A stretch of DNA of 63,988 bases, filler included, from Dimargaris cristalligena (taxonomy: Eukaryota): NCBI GenBank assembly GCA_003614675.1. It is 3 parts of 3 records of this genome, joined end to end, with 100 filler letters (N's around TTAATTAATTAA, not from the genome) between each part and the next. Parts side by side here need not be neighbours in the genome. Positions count along the whole stretch, not along the records: positions 22,183 to 44,263 come from ML002641.1; 2 more parts are not named here. One strand, 5' to 3'. Below the pieces are notes generated by a model that was not told the origin of the DNA, ran no database searches, and was given only the letters and a program-made list of their open reading frames with translations. Within the stretch, counting starts at the first letter, position 1. Each line of letters begins with the position of its first letter. The translations under genes and the position numbers were made by a program. Shown one piece after another: positions 23,721 through 36,404 of this stretch.

Positions 23721-26700
23721 AATAAATGTAATTTAATTTATTGAAACCAAAGGTGACTGTAAATAGTGTATTATTCGTTTCCATGTAAAAAAAAATAGGC
23801 ATCCTCTCCCCTTCCCTATGGTGCATTACGGGGTTGATCTGGACTGCGTTACCTCTCGGATCGTTGTTATTCTGCCATTTCGCCTGCTGCTTACATTGGC
23901 GGGAAGGATAGGCGGATGGTCCGCTATGTCTGTCCGTGTCAGTATACCCTTGGGGGGCGACATGCGTTACCTTTGGCCCTATAACCGCTCTTTGACGATT
24001 ACTTCTCTGGCTTCAACACGGTCAATCCCGGGGCTAAAATGTCTGGACCCTCTATATTTTCTCTTTAATGCTCACACTCGGTGCGACACTATATTCGCAA
24101 TTTTGATGGCCACGATATTCAGACCGCATCATGGATCTATATTTAGCTCATATCAAGGCCAGGGTGTGCATTCAGCCGAGTCCTGTAATGAGTATATTAG
24201 TTAAATGATACCTGGGCCTAGAGAGACTGACTCTCGTCTCGCGCGTGTTCTTGTTTTTTTTCTTATTTCCTTCTTGTAAATGAAAGGTTACCTATACGAG
24301 GTTCTATTAACTACTGTGGTTAGGAAATTAAATAACTGTGGAAATTCTCCTCAATTACGATGGTCACCGAACGTATATCCACTGGCTCGACTGACCATCC
24401 CCACCGGTCTACCGTGGCAGCATGGCCCAAGGCATTTGATCAAATGGCCAGTTCGGAGATGGTCTGGAGTATCGATTATATGGAAAGGGGAGGGGGGGAA
24501 TAATAGAATAGTGAACGCTGGTATGCAACTCCATAAATGAAGCCCCAGCGACCCACACCCACCTGGCTGTACAACTGTAACCATTTCTCCGCTAGTACTA
24601 CCTTCCCACTTCTACCCCAACCAATGATAAGACTTAGTATACACTGGCCCGAGTCGGCCACCGTGGCAATCGGCGAATAACCCTCGTTCGTTGGGTGATT
24701 ATGCGCCAGGCCAAGCCCACCCATAGCTCACCATGTAAACTTTCGAAGGGTACGAAGGCGGGAACGAGAAGGGCTTACAATGGGGGTGGGGGGCTAGGTC
24801 TTTGTGCATCTGGCTTCCTGCCCTTCAACACGTTGGTATTCATATATACCCCCCCCCTCCATGCTGTAGGGTGATTATCATCGTAGATGCATGAAGGATA
24901 GCAATACTAAGGCCAGAGACACAATCTCGATGTTCGTGAAGACAAATATGGAAGCAAGAGACGGCTTCGCTCGGAGCGGAGCAGGTATTTTTATTGATGC
25001 GGTGAATACCGAAGCTTGGGGATTGTTGGGAGGGTGTGAATACGCGAAAGTTATTAAAGAGCGACTGCCATTTATTTAATCTTTACGTTACATTTCAAAA
25101 ATAAAATCAAAGGGGGACTAAATCAGCGGAATGTTTGTCAAAAATACAGCCACTATATCATCGAATCCTTTTTATTCGGCCCTTCGGGCGGATAGATAGA
25201 TACCTCCTCGGGCAAAAGGGACTCCCAATTTTAAAAGGGGCATTAGCAAGGTAGGGAACGAAAAACGGCAGCCACGAAGGAAATAGGGCCAGGACGGAGA
25301 CCGAACCGAGCTCATCAATCACCTTAACAAGGGGTCATTGTGAGTGTCAATGGGCCAATGTGACCGGGGGCCCCTCTCCTTTCTTTGTACCACTCTGTTC
25401 TCTGTGGTCTCCCTTTTCTCTCGCTCTCTTTATTACAGCCGCGGTATTACCAACGTCTGTGAGCTATACCTACCCATCTATCTTTGGGTCACCAAGGCGG
25501 CTGGATATGTAGAGGCAAAGGGGAGGGAATGGGCTGGCTGCAGCTGGCTTGGACGAGAATGCTCAGAGATACATGGGTTTAATGTGGTCGCTGACCTCAA
25601 AGATTGGCCCTGTGCCTTGGCACCTTCCCCCTTGCTCCCCGTAAAACCTACACTTCAGCTTGGCCTTCCCCTTTTTGGCCAGTATCCCGCCCCCTACTTC
25701 AATAACGAACTGGGCTCGGCTTTGGCCAGGCACGGGAACCACCAGGGCCCCCCCTCTCTCCCTCCTTCCTGTCCAATGCTTTGGCTTGGCCACCTTCCCC
25801 CCTCCATGTATATAATTGGCCTCCGCCTCCTCCCGCTGGCTGTTTACTATATATTGGCTGTCTGTAATATTTTCTCTGCCTTCACACTGGCATCGTTGAA
25901 CTCACTATATTCTCTGCCTATTTTTTAGTATAGCGTGGCAATAGTGCACACCTTGTGACCCACTTCCATTTATTTATTTATCTATCTATATTAGCGACCA
26001 GCTAGCTGTGTGGCCCCCATATCCTCCTCCCCCTACACGTCACATTCCGAATCTTCTATATAGTGTCCACTTGGACAGAGTGACTAAGTGGGGATTTCTA
26101 ACAGTGTACGCTTCACTTTCGCCCACCAGGCTAGTGAGCACTATTCCACAGCTCGCGGGGATCACCCCCTTCGCTCCTCGCCCTCTTATCCTTGCCATTA
26201 GCCCCCCCAATCTTACCACTTAAGCACTGGATTTCCTTGCCTCTGCTCCTTCTACCACATCCCATAGCCACTCATATACTCCCAACCCCCTCACTCACCT
26301 TCTCTTTTGTAGCGTCGACTTGAAAATCCACCGTCCGTCTCCTTCGACTCGCCTGCAATATAGTCATACACCAAACCAAGTCTGACTGGGTTAGTTGGTA
26401 AGATCACTTTCAACTGGCACACCCTGCGTTTCATTCGTTGATTGACCTACTTTTCTCTCTCTCTCTCTCCTTCTAAGCGGCCAGCCATTGCCCTACACCT
26501 ATAACCCCCCTGGTCACCTCCAATAGCACGCCCAATAATCCACCACTGGTTAATTTGTAATGCTATTCTCGGAGATTTACTACCCATCAATAATCACCCG
26601 AATTTCCCTTCTGTCTATTTTTTTCCAGCAAGGTGGTCCTTCCATCAGCATCATTCGCTCCAATCCTTTAAAAGGCCATCATTTCCCCTCTGTTTATTGT

Positions 26701-27530
26701 GCATGTGTACCCCTACAGATAAACGTATTTATCCAATTATTAGTTTGCTATCACCTTTCCCTTTAATTGCTTAGTATAATATACTTGCCCTGTTCGGCCT
26801 AATCATTATTATCTCCCTCCACACACATATATATACACCAACTCACAATTGGTATTCTAAACCGCAGGCAGCTGGTCCACCCGCGTTTCTAACTACTCCA
26901 TGTGATGCCTAGTCCCCAAGTTGCGCATTCCACACCCAACCCCCCTGTACATAACTCCTCGTTTATTATTTTGCTACCACCGCCCCTTTTTGTTTTTAAC
27001 TTGGGCTATCCCTGGTAAAACGGCTCAACATTATTCCACCTATTTATCCGGCCGCTAGGGTTATGTCTTGATTCCACCCGGCTTGTATATTTATAGCAAT
27101 TACGACCTCAACCGACATCTCTCCCACCCCTCCCCCCTTACCTACCTACCCACCGACTTTTCCTTTCATTACTGTGCAGAATCTTGCCGATTTCCGCGTC
27201 TCACTTTCACTAGTCTATACTTATCCATAGTGAACTCCACCCCCTCCCTTCCACCGTGCTGCTGTTATAATTATTTTTACCGACACATAACCCCACTCCC
27301 AATCTTTGAGCAATAGAGTTCCTCGCAGAGCACCTTGCACATCGTCCCCGCCACATAATACCAATCGCATCGCCCAACGTTCGTTACCTGGGGCCTCTCT
27401 CTCTTTCTATCTATCTATCTTTCTATCTTTTTAATTATTGATTAATTTTTCTGCTTCGTCTTTCTGTCCGACCCTTTGGGTTTCCACTATTTTGGTGCTT
27501 GCTATATCTCTTTTTAGTCCCTTAATCACA

Positions 27531-28247
27531 ATGTCGGAATTTTCCCTACCCCCCAATGTCCGGCTTTCGTTTCTCGTTACCAACTGTATTCTATTGCTTG
27601 CCGGCGGTATGGGTATCGGCTTTATGGTCTACTACCTCCTCCACCCCTTCTCGCGGCGTAATGTCGTGATTACAGAAGACATGATTTTCGGCGGCATTTC
27701 CTGCGGCGGCTTGTCCATCCTGGTGGCCCTGGTCGGCTACGTCGGTAGCATGAACCCCACGCGGCGCAAGAATTTCCTGCTAAGTTATTGCTGGCTCGCG
27801 GCGGTCATTCAGGTAGCCGAAATGGTGCTGGGCGCCGTGGTGTGGTTCCGCACGTTGGATATCAAGGGCGATTATTATCCGAAATGGCAGAGTTGGTCCG
27901 ACGGTCTGCGCGCCAACTTCCAGGAATACAGCCACTGCTGCGGGTACCTCACCCCCACGGACTTCCCCGCACCCTCCCCCACGTGCCAGAGTATTTTCGA
28001 TGCCCTGTCCTCTACTGAAGGCGCCAATAGTGCCGACGTGGTCTTGGGCCAGTTGACCGGCTGTGCGGTACCCCTCGAACTCTACATCACCAATTACTTG
28101 CAGAATATCTATACCGTGGTGTTCGGCTTCGTGGTCATTTCGTTCATCGCTATGCTGTCCGGCTTGGTGATTTATCTATCCAGTCGGGATTTGTGCCGGT
28201 ATATCAAAACGAGCGAAAAATTAGTCCACTTGCGGCTCGACCCGTAG
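27531..28247 (+). CDS. Tetraspanin (fungal Tsp/Pls1-like), 238 aa
   Basis: Four hydrophobic segments, and a large extracellular loop with CCG (YSHCCGY) plus later cysteines (PTC, TGC). First ATG at 27531 follows a pyrimidine-rich AG. Confidence 0.85.
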   Translation: MSEFSLPPNVRLSFLVTNCILLLAGGMGIGFMVYYLLHPFSRRNVVITEDMIFGGISCGGLSILVALVGYVGSMNPTRRKNFLLSYCWLAAVIQVAEMVLGAVVWFRTLDIKGDYYPKWQSWSDGLRANFQEYSHCCGYLTPTDFPAPSPTCQSIFDALSSTEGANSADVVLGQLTGCAVPLELYITNYLQNIYTVVFGFVVISFIAMLSGLVIYLSSRDLCRYIKTSEKLVHLRLDP

Positions 28248-30238
28248 ATCCACCATATGGTGTCTTTTCCTCTGTGCCCATACTCACACACCTTCGACAG
28301 GGCGCGGTCCTTGCCAAGCCTCTCCATTCAATCAAGTAAGGGGCGATATGGCTTTATTCTCGTTGGAGCGGGCTCTCCCCTCCCATCCTGCTTCTACTAT
28401 TATACATCCCCAAGTTGGTTGTCCCCGAAACTTCTTTACCTACCACCACCACCTCTACACCGATAACACACTTCCTTAATCTCTCTACCCTTCCCAATTC
28501 GTCCCCCAATCCAAGGGCTGACTTTATTTTACCACTGGGTTTAATTTAATATAACCCTCGAATGGGTATCGTGACTTTTATTTCAGTTTCTTTGATTTTG
28601 GCCCCATTGATCTCTCTGTTTCTCTTTGCTACACTGTACTTTATCATCCTAAACCCTTTAATTATATTCGATTACATGACAGAGCTCCCTTCTAGTCAAT
28701 ATTTGATCGATTAACACCACAGTGCTTTGTGCACATACCCATAATTCCAAACTTGCCGAGGCTTGCCCGTGTTTCTCGCGATATTTCACCTTTTTTAAAA
28801 AAATGAATCAAAAACCAAATACCAATGATCAATTTCACTTGATAGAGTCTGAAGCGCACAGCGTGACTACCAAACTGACCAATATATCTGCCGCTCATAA
28901 TTATAGCCACACTTTACCCAATGCGGAAAATGGTTGATTATAGAAGAAAATATACCTTGGGTAGTTCAATATTGGCATTTCCAAAGGGAGGGGTGGAGTA
29001 ACGGAGTACATTTAATAGCTATTTCTAAAATGAGGCAACGGGCCGAAGGCACCAATGGGGGGGGGAGGGGAGTTCTCTTTGGGATGTCCCCGCTACATAA
29101 TTCCATTGGTTTAACAGTACCGAAAAATCGACCTGATTACCATGCACTATTGTCCTGCGTACCCCCGGGAGTTTTTACTACCTACTTGCTATGGCTTGGA
29201 CTTGGGCTTGTCAGTCGACTAATCACCGCCCCATGACTTAGGCCTACATGATGCGTATGATCCACCGAAGCTAACGAAACATGCTCTGCATAATAGGGTC
29301 ACGATAATCCCCCCCTTTGCGCCAATGCGGCCCTCAGCACTTGTGACCCCCCACTCGCACTTGCCCTGCTCTCTGTATCGACACCTCTTTCGGCTGCATA
29401 ACAGGTGCGCTAATTTTAGCTAACTATTTCCGAAAGGAATCATTACCAACCTAACTATATTGGCCCATTAGGTTTAGGGCCAGCCAAGTTAGTGAAGTTA
29501 TTCACTTCGGCTATTTTATTATTATTATTATTTGATCATTGACGGAGACTGGACGGGGGGAGGGGAAGTTGAAATACCCATACGGAGGAAATTGGAAAGT
29601 GGGTATGGAGATGGTGAGAGCTCTCATTGCCACTTATCCCGTTTTTCCCATGCTGAAACCCAGTCAGTGATGGATCGACGAAGGATCGCTAAGCTGGAAA
29701 CAAACAGGCCCCAACTAAATGTCCCGACTGTAAGAATTTTCAGACTAAATGGATCGACCTAACTTTGGTTTCCCCTTTGACCAATCCTCGGATATTTACC
29801 AGGGGGGTGAGTTGATTACCAACTTATAAGTTAAGTGGTTATATCCTTTAATTTATGGCTGGGTTGTTTGGAATGGCTGTTCAAAATATTGATAGTAGTT
29901 CATATTTAAGCAAAGGCCAAAGGAGGTGGCCTTATTAATATTTAATAGATAGAGCAGGGGGGACGGGTAACATAAATAATAAAAAAGCAAGTGCCCAGCG
30001 GGTCTAAGCGTATGTAGAAGAGTGCAATACTATGTAAATATGTATCCATAGAGCAAGGGAGGTGGTCGAGAGGACCAGCACGTTTCCCTCTTGGGATATT
30101 ATTGTTATTTAGTGGGAGATATGTCCTTCAAAAGAGCCGATAACAGAAAAGTGCAATAGTATTATATGTGGTGTAAAAAGCGGGTAGAAGGTGGGGGATA
30201 TAGAGAGAGAAGCACACACATGTGTAATTAATGCCTAA

Positions 30239-32266
30239 CTAATAAGCATGTCCGGAGCGCGGTGAAGTAGGACTCGGACGAGGGATAGAACGTCCCGTGG
30301 CCGCCACGGGAGTTCGGGTGGTTACGGCAGTGGCCACATCCGTTGTCGTTGACACGGCCCGGGAAGTACGCCGACCGAGTTGATTGAGGGTAGTGGACAA
30401 GCCCCCGCCCCCAATTCCTTGACCGGTTGCCCCCAATTGATTCCGAGTCCGTACCCCCGATGTCACGCTGCCGCCCCCATTGCTGGTGGTGTGGTTTACC
30501 CGTTGCCGTGATGAGGCCGTTGTAGCCACACTGCGAATACTGGTGGTGGACCGGATACTATCATTGGATTTTTTGGTTCGGACGGGCGGCGGAGATCGCA
30601 TGGATAGGGAGGAAGCCCGGGGACGGAGCGTCGAACTAGCGACCCGGGCCAGGGGGGTTTGGGGGGTGGGGGGTTGGTACTGCTGTGGGGGCGGAGATGT
30701 GGAAGAGGGGGAGCGGGAGTTATAGAGCGTTCGACCGGGGGTCATTGATCGGTCCCGGGGGGAAAGGGGGGACGGGATGGTGGAATAATGATTGGAATGG
30801 GTGGTGGTGGTGGTACCTAGTGTAATGGGCGACAGGGGAGGGGTTAGGACACTGGATAGGGACCCCCGCCGATTTTGCGGGGGACGGCGAGCGAGAAAGG
30901 CCGGCAAACTACCGTAGGGGTTTAGGTCAGTCGGGGGCGGTTGGGCCGATAGGGTGCGGGACAGAACCGGCCGGGGCCCACCTCCGATGGACTGGCGTCG
31001 GAGTCCCGGTGTGGCCGTAGACGGAGTAAACGAGCCCGCTGCATCAGATTCCCGCATACTGACCAACCGCCCGTCATGGAAGCCCGAAATATTGCGGAGA
31101 CGGGCGGGCAAAGTAGCCCGATTAGCCGTCGCCTTGTCTACTTTGGTCAGTACCGTACTGATGGTAGGGCTAGCCGGAGCCGCTTTGCGGGCCCCCAGCG
31201 TAGCAGCCAGCTGCGGGGTGCGGTTGCGAGACCGCCCAAGGGTCCCGGAGCCATCGCCGCTTCCCTTACCTTTGCCTACACCCAGACCTAGGCCCGCTCC
31301 AGGAGCCGAAGGAGATACAGGGCTTCGGTTTAGGAGGAGGGCACCTGGCAAAGACTGAGTAGATGGATGACGGGGCAGAATCGAAGGGGAGCCGTTGGGA
31401 TTAGCCCCCGACGACCAACGGGCCACATCGGACGGCTTTAAACGCAGGCGTTCGCGCATCGAATCGCGGTTGGACAGACCGGGACTACCTAGAGGTTTCT
31501 CGGGGCTAAGTCCCGACTGGTAAGGGTGTTGGTGAGTTTGCCAGCTATTCAAGTAATCGGCGTATTTATCATTACTCTTCTTAATGGCCTCGTCAACGGA
31601 GGTGGTGGGGCCATTGTATTTCCACTTGGGCAGGTGATAGTCCTGGTGATCGGACAGAGCCACCTATTCGGGGGGAATATAGTAGGGGTGGGTGAAGGAG
31701 ATGGGGGTTAGTACTTGATAATGAATTTGATCTAAATATGAATGTTCGGATAGGAGGTGGTGTAGAGGGGGGGGGTATAATTTCCCGCATTACACTGCAA
31801 GGAGATATAGTGCAGTAGGAAAATGATAGACAGGAGAGTAGTTAAGGGGAAACTTGCACTTACTACACTACCAGGCTCATCGAAATACGACATGATTGAT
31901 TCACGGCCCGACACCACCGATCGCGTATCAGCATCCCGATCGTCATGGTCAACCGAGTACCGCTGTTTGGCCTGCAGGAACCGCTGGATCATAGTGGGCT
32001 CCCGGAAGGATCCGCTCGTACAGACGCTTCCCGGCCTTCCATTGGAACTTTCGCCACTGCCGGTAGTGGATGAAGTGGCAGTGGTGATGACCGACATCGT
32101 ATCGCCGATATCAGCCCCATCGCCAATCGTCCCGACTCGGCTAGGCGCCCGACTACTACAGTTGTCCATATCCTCCTGGCCAAGGTCTTCGTGGTCAGAC
32201 AGTCGAAGCCATTCGACCGGCTCGATATTCCGGGTGGCGGTAAAGGATTTGTCGGGTGAATATAAC
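30239..32266 (-). CDS. Ser/Pro/Arg-rich, probably disordered hypothetical protein; multi-exon, 5' exons (possibly up to ATG 32979) unresolved
   Basis: ORF 30239..31663 follows an acceptor AG. The upstream exon (~31870-32266) reads LYSPDKSFTATRNIEPVEWLRLSDHED...FDEPGS. GC-rich coding-like composition; no family recognised. Confidence 0.6.
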
Positions 32267-34554
32267 CTAAAATGGGGGGAGATAATGAAAACGGGTGTAT
32301 TGTACAGTATTAAATTGTAGTGAATATCAGCCGTACCCTTAAGTTCAAGTAGTGGTTGCGATTAAGCTGACTGGTCAGCTGAGGAAGGGGAAGGGGGATC
32401 CATCTCCCTATTGGACCAGGAACAGGGGGCCGGGTTCTTTAAGCATGGCTGATGAGTGGGCGTAGAAATAGACACCCTGGGGGGGTTGGGTTGTCAGGGG
32501 TAGACTCCGCTCGACCACTGCAGCGGAGGCCCAAAATACAGGAATTGCCTATAAGACAGTGATCTCTCCATGTGTCACCATTGCACAGTACCAGTGACAA
32601 GGCACAGTAATGTCAAATAAACCCAAGTAGGACGTGGTGGGAATGGGAGAAATGGCCGGTGAGAGAGAGAACAAGACACCTGTGGGTGACCCCTACCCAA
32701 CTGTGGCCAGTGCATCACCCGTTGTATTCCTCCCCTTGCTACCATTCAGCTGGAGATAATGGGGAAGTAGAAAAAGGGGTTCATTATGTAGGAAAATAGT
32801 AGGAATATTGTCCCGGACTACCCCCGCTCAAGGTCGAGGGTTAGGGAATAGCCAGCCACTAGTGCATTCCTTCACCCTCCCATAGACAGAGTATCAGCAA
32901 GGACCTACCATTCGTCGTCGCCCAGCGAATCGCTGTCTTCGTCGTTGAGAAACGAGGGGGGCGGGTTGGATACTATCATGTTGCTAATGGTTGGCCTCGG
33001 GAGCGGGATAAAAGACTTGTAGACTAAACTATATGCTGGGTGTAATGTAAATAACCGCAATAGACATGCCTCAGTAAAACTGAATGTAGCGACGACTGGC
33101 CAAGGTAGGGGGTGAATGTAGGGGCCGGGGTGTTACCGCTACTTGGTGGGGAGAGAGAAATATACTGGGGCTGACGGGTTTTCGAAAGGGCGGAGAGGGG
33201 TCGGATGGAATGAGAACAGTCGGAATAAAGCGAGTGTAAGGCAGTCTAAGGTTTACACCGGTAATTGAGTATGTAGCGTTTCTTTGGCCTTGGGTAAAGA
33301 AACGCAGTGGAAGGTGGGCGACGTGGTGGTTAGACAGTAGAGAAAGACGTGAGGCAAGGGAGAAAAAGGAGAGTGGCTGTGGTAAAAGTACAGGCCACAC
33401 ATACACCAAGCCTTTATTCCAGCAGGAGGAAGAGTGTGGAAGGTCATATGCTCTTTCATTCCACCAACCCACTCAAATTACATTAATGAGAGAACCGCGG
33501 TCCGTATCACCTACAGTTTCCCGCTTTCGGGCTGTATGCGTCTCATTTTAGGTCCAGCAGCACCATACTTTCTACTATCTCTCTCTCTCCTTCCCATTCT
33601 CCCGGTTGCCCTATTCCCAACATCGAGTCCAACCATACAATAGGCTGCCCCCCAAACGGCGCCACGGGAAGGTTCAGCTTATCCGGCCACTTCCTCGCAA
33701 TGCGGACTACCCTGGCCTTCTACTCCCGGCCCGTATGCTATTGTTGGCAGGACCGTGGATTTAATCTAGGCGCTGTTCAGAGGATAACCGAAATAACCTC
33801 GGCTATATTTTGAAAATAAAAAAGAATTGCCGCCTTTGAGACCAGTGGCTATGGGGTTTCCCAATGCACTTGGTGAGTGTATGGACGTGTCCCTACATAC
33901 ACATATTGGGTAAACAATTTATAGGAAAATCGTTACATTTATAGAACTTTAGGTAAATTTGACACCATCACCATCATAACCCGAACACCCCTACAATAAT
34001 TGGCTTGTGGTTTCATGAGGAAATACCTCTCCTCCTTCGTCAGCACCCACTTTGTTTAATCGATAAACGGCCTACTTCTTTTGACAATGGACCTGAAAAT
34101 AATAGATTGCTTTTGGCCTGGGAATGCAGGGTATATCTCGGTGGGCTTCGTTAACTCTACCTCCTTCGCCCGGTGCACTTCGATTGACCGCTCCACAATC
34201 AATGTAGCATGGAAGCTAATGTGGCGCGGTTCGCAACAACTGTCAAATGCAATCGGGAAAGCACCCTTGTCCAGGCTTCTTATAGCGAGCATTTTTGAAC
34301 GAGGCTATACATAGGTGATTCTTGTCAGCTAAATAACCATACCATCATTATATATGTATATAGCAGTCCCCCAAACCACTCTTCGACCACTCCCCCGAAA
34401 AAAAACATACACTACCATACCACCGTAGACTGCATTTTACTATATATATGGACAGCTCGGTGGTTTAAAGTTGGACAATCAATAACGAGTTCATTGGTCA
34501 CTCAAAGGTTCACCCCAGTCTAAGTTGGTGGGCCATGTCTGAAAAATTGGCTTA

Positions 34555-36404
34555 TCAAGAAGAAGGGAGTATATCATTTGGGGGCAATAGCAGCAGCTTA
34601 CTTAGAATCTCATAAGTATATTCCTCGGCCTCACCGACATCTAAAACGGCGCTGGGTGAAATTTCATCGATACCAAACCTATACGAACCAATCAATTTTT
34701 GGGAAAAGCACATAAACACGGAACTCGGTTAAAATGGCCGGACTTCGTATATATCCACTAGGATCTTAATCGCGATACGGATATTCAATCAAAAGCCCCC
34801 ACACGTGAACATGGATCCGGCTCCGGATTGGAATGGAGTGGGGGCGTGATGGGTATATTATAAACATTGGGATTACTTGCCCGTTTCTTCGGTAAAACTC
34901 AAAGGCGGGGGAATTGGCTAAATTACGTGAGATGCAGGAGATGATGGGGTAGAAGCGGGGTTGTGAGAAGTGACCATCATATATAGGCCTAAATCAAGTG
35001 AGGGAGTGGTACAGCAGCCCCTCTCCTTGGGGATAACTAACTACACTACATTGTAATGCAAATATATATAATCTTAATAATGAGATAAGTGGGGGGAAAA
35101 AACGACATTCCAGTGGACCCACCTTTGAAGCAAGTTAGCATAACTTTGATCATGTGCCATCGCTGACCGATATCAGTTAAACAGTTGAGAAGAAAAGGCC
35201 CGAGTTTGCATCCGCGGTAAGAAGGTTCAACCTGCAATTCGTAGCTGAAATTCGAAAGGGACAATAGCAATAGGCCACCCGGTTAGAATAAGCAGAGGTG
35301 GCTCCTGCGATTAGGAAATGGCCTGCTAGATTGGAGTCTAGATAATACCAGGCCCGCGTAGCTATGTGCCAATATGTAGATGCACCTACCAGTAGAGTAC
35401 GGGTATTTCATCGTCACTATCGGTCGTCTCGAATGAAAACTGGAACATTGTATAGGCACATGGTTTGGCCAGATTAATTTTAGAGCCCCGCTTGGTGGAC
35501 TTTGGGTACAATATAATAAACCGGCTAGCGTCATCGAATAGCTCGCCACGCTTGGCCTGTTCGTCCCAGCCAAATCCGGCCTGCTGGTACCTTAATGACG
35601 TTGAAGGGGTAGGGGCGTATACATGACAGTATAGTGTTTAGTAGAGCCGAGATAAGTACATTGGTGTGAGCGAGATATGGTGTACATTGAGATAAAGAAA
35701 TAGAGAGGTGGGATGGCCTAGGTATATGGGCCTCCACGGTTGATTATCTGGGAATAATATGCGTAGTAGCAGTAGTAATACATAGCAATGGTTACTTACA
35801 GGGCATACATATTGCGACGTAGGAGGTCAAACACCCATTGTCTCTGGGCCGGAGATAAGTTGGCATTTGAAATGGCTTCAATTTTATATTCGGACCTGGA
35901 TCATAGTTTAACCGAAAGATGAATTAAAGACTTATGTGGATTTGTGTGGATTAGTACAAAGCCCTGCCGCGGATACGACTTCGCGGTAATCAACAGGGGT
36001 GGGTAAAGAGTCGTTGCTGTATCTGAGGAAATAGTTTGTTTTCCGGGTTAGATTAAAAGGACCAGAGCAGTATACCTGGCACTATGGGTGTACTTATTCC
36101 CATACTTACCCGTTAATGGAGACAATTGGCGGACCTGATACGAATTTTCCTTGACAAGTGGTCTAGATAAGGTGGAGCGTGAGGGGAATGATTAGAATGG
36201 CTCTAAGACGGTCAAAAGCCTCCATAAGAACCCTTAACCAGAACAGTCGGTAGCGAGCTCCATGGGGGAAAAGTGGGAATTTAATATGCAAGTAATACTG
36301 GCCCTGCTAGTAGTGGCTGGTGAAGCAGACATAAGGTGTACCTGTGTGGCTTTCTCGACAAGAGCAATGTAGCTCGGGTGAGGTGGAGACGGTCTGGTGT
36401 CCAT
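34555..36404 (-). CDS. NAA40: N-alpha-acetyltransferase 40 (NatD/Nat4), multi-exon
   Basis: Exon peptides QWVFDLLRRNMYAL, YELQVEPSYRGCKLGPFLL..KVMLTCFK, ANSPAFEFYRRNG and FGIDEISPS..YTYEILSK match the NAA40 GNAT family. Start and stop positions are approximate. Confidence 0.85.
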
